A stretch of DNA of 64,000 nucleotides from an uncultured Gammaproteobacteria bacterium (GTDB lineage Bacteria > Patescibacteriota > Microgenomatia > UBA1406), in contig CAYPVH010000001.1 in assembly GCA_964414145.1 (NCBI GenBank), positions 156,851-220,850 of the forward strand, written 5' to 3'. Shown here in pieces: positions 35,786 through 42,994 of this stretch. A program made the position numbers and the translations under genes. The notes under the pieces are model-generated. The model ran no database searches. It was not told where the DNA came from and saw only the letters and a program-made list of their open reading frames with translations. Within the stretch, counting starts at the first letter, position 1. Every line of letters begins with the position of its first letter.

Positions 35786-36283
35786 ATGAAAAAATCAAAA
35801 AATCCAATCAAAATTGTTTTCGACCTGGTTTCGTGGGTGTTTTTACTGTTTATTGTTATTGTGGCAGTAACCACAGTTGCCTCCAATTCAAATATTTTTG
35901 GGGGTTATCGATCATTCTTAGTGCAATCGGGCTCAATGGAGCCAACAATTTTAATTGGCGATATTGTAGTTGCGCAAGAGCAACCAAGCTATTCTCAAAA
36001 CGAAACAATTACTTTTAAAGATGAGTCGGGAAGGGTAGTAACTCATCGTATTATTAAAGTTGTTAACAAAAAACAATTTAAAACTAAAGGAGACGCCAAC
36101 CGGTCAGAAGACGAGGCGCTGGTTAACAAAGAAAACATTATTGGCAAAGTTGTTTTTACCGTTCCAAAGCTAGGGTATTTGGTAGGTTTTAGTAAAACCC
36201 CCTTGGGGTTAATTATTTTAGTTCTTGTGCCGGCTTTAGGGTTAATTATTGATGAACTGGTCAAGATGAAGAATGCTAAGTAG
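35786..36283 (+). CDS. sipW: signal peptidase I, SipW/archaeal-ER type (copy 1)
   Basis: 165 aa with an N-terminal TM, catalytic Ser in SGSMEPTILIGD, His in VVTHRII, TKGDAN, and a C-terminal TM. Confidence 0.85.
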   Translation: MKKSKNPIKIVFDLVSWVFLLFIVIVAVTTVASNSNIFGGYRSFLVQSGSMEPTILIGDIVVAQEQPSYSQNETITFKDESGRVVTHRIIKVVNKKQFKTKGDANRSEDEALVNKENIIGKVVFTVPKLGYLVGFSKTPLGLIILVLVPALGLIIDELVKMKNAK

Positions 36284-36851
36284 TCGAACTTATACTATTT
36301 TAGTTATTATTCTTTTAGTTGGTTACTTTTTAATTCATACTCAAAAAACAGATGCCGACTTGGTAGCCGAACGGGTCGTTACCGACAACCGATTTACGGC
36401 AACAACACTTTCTTTTTCCAGCCGGCATACGGCAAACAATACAACGCTAGAAACATTTTTTAACACCAATGGTTTTTTACCCAATGGCTTTGATGTAAAG
36501 GGGGTAAGAATTAAAAAAGAAGGTAAGTTAAATTTTAAATATAAAGTAAGAGCTGTAAAAACAAGCGGCTCAGATTTGCTTTGTGGCGCTCTTGAATTAA
36601 CCGTTATGCAAGAGTGGCAAAAAAAATATGAAGGACCATTGCTAAATTTTTCCCAAGACTCCATAATTGATTCAGAAGTACCCGAGGATTGGGTTTTCTT
36701 TTTAAGTTTAAATGAGAAGTCACTAGACTTGAAGAATAAGAGTTGCCAGTTTGAGTTGGTTTTTAAAACCTATCGAACCGACCCAGAATCAAGAGCCGGT
36801 TTTTTTGCCGAGCGAAAATTAACTAACAGTATTACAAGTGGCAGTTGGTAA
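36273..36851 (+). CDS. second TasA/TapA-like secreted protein with SipW-type N-terminal region (candidate minor subunit or anchor)
   Basis: 192 aa with a TM, then ADLVAERVVTDNRFTATTLSFS (same N.F.a.tL pattern). C-terminal CQFELVFKTYR. Overlaps sipW copy 1 by 11 nt. Confidence 0.55.
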   Translation: MLSSRTYTILVIILLVGYFLIHTQKTDADLVAERVVTDNRFTATTLSFSSRHTANNTTLETFFNTNGFLPNGFDVKGVRIKKEGKLNFKYKVRAVKTSGSDLLCGALELTVMQEWQKKYEGPLLNFSQDSIIDSEVPEDWVFFLSLNEKSLDLKNKSCQFELVFKTYRTDPESRAGFFAERKLTNSITSGSW

Positions 36852-36854
36852 AAC

Positions 36855-37358
36855 ATGAAAAACAACGCCTTAAAGTTTACTAAAAGTAAAAAATACTATT
36901 TATTATTGGTAGTTTACGTGGTTTTTGTATATGTTGGTATCTCACTTTCTTTAGTACGATTTGTTGGAATTTTACCGATGGCTAATATTTCCGGATCAAT
37001 GAGCCCGGCAGTAAAAACGGGTAGCTTGTCTATTCTTTTAAAAAAGGAATATTACGCCCCGCAAGACATTATTGCCTTCTATTCCAAAAATGAGGCGGGT
37101 GAAGAAGAAATTGTTACTCATCGGGTGCAAAAAATTGCCGGTAATGTTTATATCACCAAAGGTGACGCCAATGAGGCCATAGATGAGCAGAAGGTTGTAC
37201 CCCGTTTGGTAATTGGTAAAGTTTTGTTAGCAGTGCCTTTCTTGGGGTATTTTTATATCTTTGCCAAATCCGTAACAGGCACAATGCTTTTAATAATCTT
37301 CCCGGCGCTATTTTTTGTAGTAGTTGAGGTGATAAGAATAATTAGAATTGGTCGCTAA
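36855..37358 (+). CDS. sipW: signal peptidase I, SipW/archaeal-ER type (copy 2)
   Basis: 167 aa with ISGSMSPAVKTGS, IVTHRVQ, TKGDAN, and N- and C-terminal TM helices. Confidence 0.85.
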   Translation: MKNNALKFTKSKKYYLLLVVYVVFVYVGISLSLVRFVGILPMANISGSMSPAVKTGSLSILLKKEYYAPQDIIAFYSKNEAGEEEIVTHRVQKIAGNVYITKGDANEAIDEQKVVPRLVIGKVLLAVPFLGYFYIFAKSVTGTMLLIIFPALFFVVVEVIRIIRIGR

Positions 37359-37372
37359 TCCGGTTTATATTG

Positions 37373-37897
37373 TTATTTATTTACAGAAGCAATAACTTTG
37401 AGTGCTTTTTTATAAACATTTTTTACACCCTTATTTTCCTCCTTTTCACATATTTGTTTAATTCTATTTAAGAGCTTATTTTTTTGTTCATGGTTGTATT
37501 TGGCAATTTCACCCAAAGCCAAAGCGGCACTCCAACGAACAACAGTGCTTTTGTTCTTTGCGTTTTCTATTAAACCGGGGACTGATGTTTCAACGTCTTT
37601 TGGGTAAAGACTGGCGATATTGGCAATTACTCTGGCTGCTTCCCACTTTACTCGAGGGGCAGTGTCTGAAAGAGAACTAATAATAGTTGGAATTTGTATT
37701 CTGGCAAAACCGGGATTTGTTTGGGTTATATATTCAAGAGCCTCAAGACAAACGCCTCTTTCAACATTATTACCTGTTCTTACTGCAGTTGCAAAGTCAT
37801 TTGCAGAAGGCTTTTTAGCTTCCAGTAATTTGGCAATATATAAATTTAATTCTTTCCCTTTTCTGCCCGAATCTTGAATCTCTTTTAGTAAATCCAC
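37373..37897 (-). CDS. HEAT-repeat protein
   Basis: Repeated helical hairpins (PRVKWEAARVIANIA, STVVRWSAALALGEIA). The ORF has no internal Met. The in-frame GTG at 37897 lies 6 nt downstream of TATAAT (plus 37904-37909). The ORF-track TTG at 37927 is the alternative start. Confidence 0.6.
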   Translation of the reverse strand: MDLLKEIQDSGRKGKELNLYIAKLLEAKKPSANDFATAVRTGNNVERGVCLEALEYITQTNPGFARIQIPTIISSLSDTAPRVKWEAARVIANIASLYPKDVETSVPGLIENAKNKSTVVRWSAALALGEIAKYNHEQKNKLLNRIKQICEKEENKGVKNVYKKALKVIASVNK

Positions 37898-38009
37898 ACG
37901 TATATTATAACAGTCGAAGAAAAACAATTATTAAATCTTAAGCGAATCTTGTCTCGCCGTAGCTTTGTAGAGCTTGGTTTCAGTTTTTCAGTTTGCACAG
38001 AATCTATTT

Positions 38010-38027
38010 GCCCGCCGTATTCGTGAA
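38010..38027. repeat. 18-bp direct repeat GCCCGCCGTATTCGTGAA, copy 1 (abuts the GIY-YIG stop codon)
   Basis: Identical to 38485-38502. Confidence 0.8.
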
Positions 38028-38270
38028 TTAGTATTTGAAAAAATGTTTCTTCATAAACGCCCTACCAGAACCAGACTTTAAATATTTTTCAAATTTAAAA
38101 GCTGTGTATTTATTGGAAAAAGCAAAGTAGGAAATAAGTTCTATTGGCAACAATGACTTTGTTGCTGGAATATAGCCTTTCCTATGTCTTTCAATTCTGT
38201 TCTTTATATTATTAGCATATCCGATATAAGGTCTATTATTTTTACATTTCAAAATGTAAACGTAGTACAT
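38028..38270 (-). CDS. stand-alone GIY-YIG nuclease-domain protein
   Basis: 80 aa. MYYVYILKCKNNRPYIGYANNIKNRIERH ... FEKYLKSGSGRAF carries the GIY...YIG, Arg, Glu and Asn motifs. Confidence 0.9.
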   Translation of the reverse strand: MYYVYILKCKNNRPYIGYANNIKNRIERHRKGYIPATKSLLPIELISYFAFSNKYTAFKFEKYLKSGSGRAFMKKHFFKY

Positions 38271-38276
38271 AATGAA

Positions 38277-38305
38277 AAGTTAAGGAATAAGGCTGTATTT
38301 GTCAA
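38277..38305 (-). promoter_or_regulatory. promoter of the GIY-YIG gene
   Basis: On the minus strand: TTGACA (plus 38300-38305), 17-nt spacer, TAACTT (plus 38277-38282), then 6 nt to the ATG at 38270. Confidence 0.5.
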
Positions 38306-38391
38306 CAGACTACAATTTACATAAATAGCATTTTGGATTATTCTAGTAAACTGTATTCTAAAAGGAAGGATCTCTCCTTCGCGATCTACTA

Positions 38392-38473
38392 AGCGGACTT
38401 TGTCCGCCGTAGCCGAGCTTCAGCGAGACGAATCCCGCTTTCGCTTTCGTTCAGCGGACTTTGTCCGCCGTAG
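38392..38473. repeat. two copies of a 21-bp direct repeat AGCGGACTTTGTCCGCCGTAG, each a GCGGAC/GTCCGC hairpin
   Basis: Copies at 38392-38412 and 38453-38473 are identical. A related CCGCCGTAG/TCGCCGTAG word also occurs near 37960. Confidence 0.8.
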
Positions 38474-38484
38474 ATTGTAAATAC

Positions 38485-38502
38485 GCCCGCCGTATTCGTG
38501 AA
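38485..38502. repeat. 18-bp direct repeat GCCCGCCGTATTCGTGAA, copy 2
   Basis: Identical to 38010-38027. This copy forms an AATACG/CGTATT hairpin. Confidence 0.8.
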
Positions 38503-38576
38503 CAAGCCTTATGGGTTCTACCATGCCCGCAATTGCTATGCAAAGCGTTGCAGGCGGGTTCGAACACGGCTTGTTC
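38500..38576. repeat. 77-nt composite hairpin closed by a perfect 9-bp stem
   Basis: GAACAAGCC 38500-38508 pairs with GGCTTGTTC 38568-38576. Inner stems are CCCGC/GCGGG and TGCAA/TTGCA. Confidence 0.6.
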
Positions 38577-38637
38577 TCTCACTTACTGACGGGCACTGTT
38601 GTTTCTAAGCTCGATTACTCGCTAAGAAACATCAGTG

Positions 38638-38724
38638 CGGAGGAGGTGGGATTCGAACCCACGTTCGCCTTACGACGAAACACGCTTTCCAAGCGTGCGC
38701 ACTAGGCCTCTATGCGACTCCTCC
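38638..38724 (-). tRNA. tRNA-Ser (anticodon GGA)
   Basis: Hand-folded, 87 nt. Acceptor GGAGGAG/CTCCTCC, discriminator G, 3-bp D stem, anticodon stem CACGC/GCGTG with loop TTGGAAA. Long variable arm TTCGTC-GTAA-GGCGAA. T arm GTGGG-TTCGAAT-CCCAC. No encoded CCA. Confidence 0.9.
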
Positions 38725-38802
38725 AATTTAAATAAGCTAACTCAGCGCTTTAATATTATACAAAATAGACTTGCAGGGCACACTGTTATATAATTTGGCA
38801 GA

Positions 38803-39663
38803 ATGACTAATTCTAAAATACAAACATTAGTCCTAGATGTAGATGGTGTTATAAACGGTAGTATAGAAGGAATAAACACACCTTTTCCAAGTAAAGCAGT
38901 AATTTTTGCACTACAAAAACTCTTATCGGCTGGAAAGCTGCTTGTGCTCTGCACATCAAAAGGGGTTTACCCAATAGTTGAAATGGTTAACAAATACAAT
39001 TTGTCAGGCGTGCATATTGCTGACGCTGGCGGTGTAATTTATAACTCAATTAATAGCAGCTATCAAACTAACTGCTTAACAGAAATACAAGCAAACGAGA
39101 TAATAAAAGTTCTTGAAAAATCTAATAACTATTTCGAAGTTTACACACCGACCAATTGGTATGTTCCAGAAAAATTTAATGTAAAGTATATTCATGCACA
39201 TACAGAACTTTTACGGAAAAAACCAGTTAAACAAAAGAGTCTCAGTAGTTTACGCTTTAGGGATGTGAGTAAAATTGTTTGTTTTATAGAAGATTCTCCA
39301 GAAAGTGATAACAGCAAATTATTAATTTCTCAATTTGCAGATTATTCTGTCAAATGGACAGTTAGCCCCGTGCTTAAACCGGCTAATTTGTTAATTATTA
39401 CAAAAAAAGGCGTTTCTAAAAAAGATGCGCTACAAAGTTTGGCTAAACAGCAAAACTTTAGTTTAAACAAGTGCCTGGGTGTAGGCGACCATCATTCAGA
39501 TTGGAAATTTATGAGTATTTGCGGATTTCGGGGCGTTATGGGAAATAGTACAGCCGAACTTGTGCAAATTGCAAAAAAAGAACAACCAGCAACAGTTGCC
39601 TTTGGTAAAGGTGTAGATCAAGATGGCATTTTAGATATATTTAAGAAATTTGATTTAATTTAA
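38803..39663 (+). CDS. HAD-superfamily (Cof/IIB-like) hydrolase
   Basis: 286 aa with motif I LVLDVDGVING, CTSKG, and a late GDHHSD acidic motif. Confidence 0.75.
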   Translation: MTNSKIQTLVLDVDGVINGSIEGINTPFPSKAVIFALQKLLSAGKLLVLCTSKGVYPIVEMVNKYNLSGVHIADAGGVIYNSINSSYQTNCLTEIQANEIIKVLEKSNNYFEVYTPTNWYVPEKFNVKYIHAHTELLRKKPVKQKSLSSLRFRDVSKIVCFIEDSPESDNSKLLISQFADYSVKWTVSPVLKPANLLIITKKGVSKKDALQSLAKQQNFSLNKCLGVGDHHSDWKFMSICGFRGVMGNSTAELVQIAKKEQPATVAFGKGVDQDGILDIFKKFDLI

Positions 39664-39675
39664 TAGAATAGATTA

Positions 39676-39987
39676 ATGAAAAACATAAATATTCGGCGAA
39701 TCAGTTTTAAATCTTATCTAAAATTTTATATTTTATCTTTGGTTTCAATGGGTATAGTTTTTGGGCTTATATTTTTTGGTTTAAGTTTAGTGGGCGTTAA
39801 GGTAACCGCCAGGGTATTCAACTTAAATTTTACCGGTATAATGGCGGGGGTAGTTAACTTAATTCTGGCGCCTGTAATTATGCTTATTTTTGCTCTTTTT
39901 TTTGGTGCTTTAAGTTTTTTGCCCTTTCGGCTTTATTTGGAATACGCAAAAAAAATTAAGTTAAAGGGGGAATTTAGCGAAAACTAA
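39676..39987 (+). CDS. hypothetical membrane protein
   Basis: 103 aa with three hydrophobic helices. Confidence 0.45.
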   Translation: MKNINIRRISFKSYLKFYILSLVSMGIVFGLIFFGLSLVGVKVTARVFNLNFTGIMAGVVNLILAPVIMLIFALFFGALSFLPFRLYLEYAKKIKLKGEFSEN

Positions 39988-40539
39988 ATGAACAACACAA
40001 AGCAACAAATATGGAAAGTTATTAATAGCCGAATTATTCATAAAACAGATTGGCTGGAATTTAAAGAAGACGAATGTTTGCTGCCATCAAACAAAAAAAT
40101 AACCTACACTTATGCTCGTCGTGTAGACGAAGGGCCAATAATTATTGCCACTGAGCAAAATTTTATCTGGCTGGTTTCGCAATACCGGCATCCAATAAAA
40201 AAATGTGTTTGGCAGTTTCCGGCCGAAGGGAAAAAGCCTGGGGAAAGTTGGGAACAAGCCGCTCAGCGGGGATTACAGGAAGAAATAGGTAAACGAGCTA
40301 ATAAGTTGGTTGACTTGGGGCAATATTACCCAGACCCTGGCAGTTTACAACAAAAAACTCATTATTTTTTGGCTACAGAACTTATAAATAGTAAAAAACA
40401 AGGTGACGAAGACGACTTGCAAAAGGGGTTATTTTCACTTAAAGAGATAAACCAAATGATAGATAAAGGTGAGATTGTAGATAACTGGACTTTGTCTGGT
40501 TTATATTTATACAACCGTTTTTATGCAAAAAGCGCTTAA
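39988..40539 (+). CDS. NUDIX hydrolase
   Basis: 183 aa with the Nudix box GKKPGESWEQAAQRGLQEEIG. Confidence 0.85.
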   Translation: MNNTKQQIWKVINSRIIHKTDWLEFKEDECLLPSNKKITYTYARRVDEGPIIIATEQNFIWLVSQYRHPIKKCVWQFPAEGKKPGESWEQAAQRGLQEEIGKRANKLVDLGQYYPDPGSLQQKTHYFLATELINSKKQGDEDDLQKGLFSLKEINQMIDKGEIVDNWTLSGLYLYNRFYAKSA

Positions 40540-41119
40540 TCATTTTAAAAAAGTAGATCCAATCCTTTTTTCTTATGCTAAAAAAATTAAGTTAACAAAA
40601 CAGATTACTAAGGACAAACCCAATAACTATTTTTCCCGTCTTTGCCGAGAAATTATCTGTCAGCAATTGTCTGGTGCTTCAGGTGGGGCAATACACGGAC
40701 GTTTTTTAAAGCTATATCAGGGTAAAATAATTCCAAAAAACGTACTATCAACAGATCATCAAATGTTGAGAAATACGGGCATGTCTAACGCTAAGGCTAA
40801 ATATGTAAAAAATTTAGCTGAAGCATTCGTAACCCAAACTATTAACCCAGAAGAGCTCGATAAATTTGGCAACGAACAAGTAATAGAGCAACTGGTTAAA
40901 GTTAAAGGAATTGGCCGCTGGACAGCCGAGATGTTTCTGATGTTTGTTTTAGCCCGTGAAAATATTTTTTCTTATGGTGACCTTGGGTTACGAAAGGGGT
41001 TTATTAAAGTTTACAATTTAAAAAGTTTTCCAGAACAAAGCCAGGCAGAAAAAATAATAAATAAATGGTCGCCATACAAAACCTATGCCAGTCTTGTTTT
41101 GTGGCAGGCAATGGAATAG
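40523..41119 (+). CDS. HhH-GPD DNA glycosylase (AlkA / 3-methyladenine glycosylase II-like)
   Basis: 198 aa with the helix-hairpin-helix VKGIGRWTAEMFLMF followed by a conserved Asp context (YGDLGLRKG). Confidence 0.8.
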   Translation: MQKALNHFKKVDPILFSYAKKIKLTKQITKDKPNNYFSRLCREIICQQLSGASGGAIHGRFLKLYQGKIIPKNVLSTDHQMLRNTGMSNAKAKYVKNLAEAFVTQTINPEELDKFGNEQVIEQLVKVKGIGRWTAEMFLMFVLARENIFSYGDLGLRKGFIKVYNLKSFPEQSQAEKIINKWSPYKTYASLVLWQAME

Positions 41120-41148
41120 TGACTTAAAATTTAGTAGAATAATACCAT

Positions 41149-41571
41149 ATGAATTGGTTTATACCGGCGGCACTGTCGGCAGTATTTGCCGCTCTCACCG
41201 CCATTTTAGCCAAGATTGGGGTTAAAGAAGTTAATTCCAATTTGGCCACCGCCATTCGCACCGTTGTCATTCTAATTTTTGCCTGGGGGATTGTTTTTTT
41301 TCAGGGTCAACACAAAAACTTAAACGCTATTCCCCGCACATCTTTAATATTTTTAGTGCTGTCGGGTATTGCCACCGGTTTGTCTTGGTTATTTTATTTT
41401 CGGGCACTTCAAATTGGCGACGCTTCTAAAGTTGTGCCTGTAGACAAATTCAGTCTTGTACTAACTATTATATTTGCCGCCCTTTTTTTGGGTGAAAGCC
41501 TAAATTACAAGGTAGTAATTGGTGCTATTTTAATGACTGCCGGAACATTAGTTTTGGCATTTGCCAAATAG
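41149..41571 (+). CDS. small EamA-domain (DMT superfamily) membrane protein
   Basis: 140 aa with 4-5 TM segments and a single EamA half-transporter pattern. Confidence 0.7.
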   Translation: MNWFIPAALSAVFAALTAILAKIGVKEVNSNLATAIRTVVILIFAWGIVFFQGQHKNLNAIPRTSLIFLVLSGIATGLSWLFYFRALQIGDASKVVPVDKFSLVLTIIFAALFLGESLNYKVVIGAILMTAGTLVLAFAK

Positions 41572-41588
41572 ATTGGAGATGAAAATGA

Positions 41589-41963
41589 ATGAAAGGATAT
41601 GTAGTTAATCTAGAACAAAAAACACAAAGTAACAGCAATTTCCGCCAAGTTTTGTTTACTACACCAAACAGCCAATTGGTTTTAATGGCGCTTCAGCCCA
41701 ACGAAGAAATTGGTACCGAAACCCATATGGAACACGACCAGTTTATTCGGGTCGAATCTGGTAGGGGCAAGGTAATTATGGATGGCGAAGAAACCGAAAT
41801 AGCTGACGGCTTTGGTTTTGTTATTCCTGCCGGGGTAGAACACAATGTAGTTAATACTTCCGGCGAAGTAATGAAGTTATACACAATTTACACACCACCG
41901 GAACACGCCGACGGCACTGTTCATCAAACAAAAGCCGAAGCTGAAGCCAATAGCCATCACTAA
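41589..41963 (+). CDS. cupin-domain protein
   Basis: 124 aa with cupin metal motifs (GTETHMEHDQFIRVESG ... PAGVEHNVVN). Confidence 0.8.
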   Translation: MKGYVVNLEQKTQSNSNFRQVLFTTPNSQLVLMALQPNEEIGTETHMEHDQFIRVESGRGKVIMDGEETEIADGFGFVIPAGVEHNVVNTSGEVMKLYTIYTPPEHADGTVHQTKAEAEANSHH

Positions 41964-41973
41964 ATTGTTCTGG

Positions 41974-42987
41974 TTATGTTGTTTTGGTAGCCAACTGGCC
42001 GCAAGCGGCTTGAATGTCGGCACCCATTGTTGTGCGAATTGAGTGGGGAATTCTATGTTTTTCAAGAATGGCGGCAAAAGCAAAAACTCTATTGCGGCTG
42101 GGTGGGGTAAAACTGTTATTAACTGTTTTGTTATAAGGAATCAAATTTACATGAGCCAGGCGGCCTTTTAATAGTTGCACCAGTTCTTCTGCTTGTTGTT
42201 TGTGGTCGTTTAGTTGATTAATAAGAATATATTCGTAGGTGATTCGTTTATTATTTTTGGCAACAAAGCTGTCTAGCACCTCAAATAACTCGACCAGACT
42301 GTTTTCTTTGGCGCTTGGCATCAGTTGTTCGCGCAACTTTTGGTTTGGAGCATGCAAGCTTAAAGCCAATCGTCCTTTATAGTTTTCCTTCAGCAATTTT
42401 TTAAGTGGAACAACCAAGCCGCAGGTTGAAATGGTAATTCTTGTGGGGCTAAGAGCTATTTTTTCCGGGTCGGTAAAAATAGCAATGCTTTCAAGAGTAT
42501 TGGTAAGGTTGGCTAACGGTTCTCCCATACCCATATATACTAAATTAGAAATGCTTTCTCCTTCTTTTTTTAAGATTCTGGCAAAGTATAATGCTTGGCC
42601 TACAATTTCGGCGGCGGAAAGATTGGCTATAAATCCCATTTTTCCCGTTGCACAAAAAGCGCAGTTCATTGGGCAACCGATCATGGTGCTTAAGCAAACC
42701 GTATTACGATTATTTTTGTGCTTCATCAGTACTGCCTCAAATAACTGCTCAGGGCTGTTGGGGCGGCAAAACAGCACTTTTATTGTGTCTTTGTTTTTCG
42801 ATTCTTTAACCCTTACCACTTTTAGAGGCAAAAGCGGTACTTGTTCTTCAGCCTCTTGCCGTAACTTTAGTGGCCAGTTAGTAAGCTCTGAAAAAGTTGT
42901 AATATAGTTTTGGTAATATGCCCGGTAGAACTGTTTTAGGCGAAAGCTGGGCTGATTGTATTTTTTCAAAAATTCTTCAATTGTCAT
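41974..42987 (-). CDS. rlmN: 23S rRNA/tRNA (adenine-C2)-methyltransferase RlmN (radical SAM)
   Basis: CPMNCAFCATG cluster, GMGEPLAN, and C-terminal AACGQL. Met18 (MTIEEF, ATG at 42987) avoids overlap with the upstream stop at 42995. Confidence 0.92.
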   Translation of the reverse strand: MTIEEFLKKYNQPSFRLKQFYRAYYQNYITTFSELTNWPLKLRQEAEEQVPLLPLKVVRVKESKNKDTIKVLFCRPNSPEQLFEAVLMKHKNNRNTVCLSTMIGCPMNCAFCATGKMGFIANLSAAEIVGQALYFARILKKEGESISNLVYMGMGEPLANLTNTLESIAIFTDPEKIALSPTRITISTCGLVVPLKKLLKENYKGRLALSLHAPNQKLREQLMPSAKENSLVELFEVLDSFVAKNNKRITYEYILINQLNDHKQQAEELVQLLKGRLAHVNLIPYNKTVNNSFTPPSRNRVFAFAAILEKHRIPHSIRTTMGADIQAACGQLATKTT

Positions 42988-42994
42988 TGGTGAG

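Noticed and set aside
35740-36018. 92-aa plus-strand ORF overlapping the start of sipW copy 1.
   Set aside because: It starts inside the terminator hairpin, is out of frame with a motif-rich signal peptidase gene, and has no motifs of its own.
38511-38705. 64-aa ORF, and a GGGTTCGAAC T-arm-like word at about 38565, suggesting a second tRNA or a protein gene.
   Set aside because: The ORF runs antisense through tRNA-Ser. The GTTCGAA word lacks complementary T-stem arms and no cloverleaf can be drawn. The region folds instead as a 77-nt repeat-type hairpin.
33120-38724. Possible integrative island inserted at the 3' end of tRNA-Ser, covering the ARH operon, the TasA/SipW locus, the HEAT protein and the GIY-YIG gene.
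   Set aside because: There is no integrase or recombinase gene, and I found no direct repeat of the tRNA 3' end to the left. No compositional break is obvious by eye. Whole-genome comparison would be needed to settle it.
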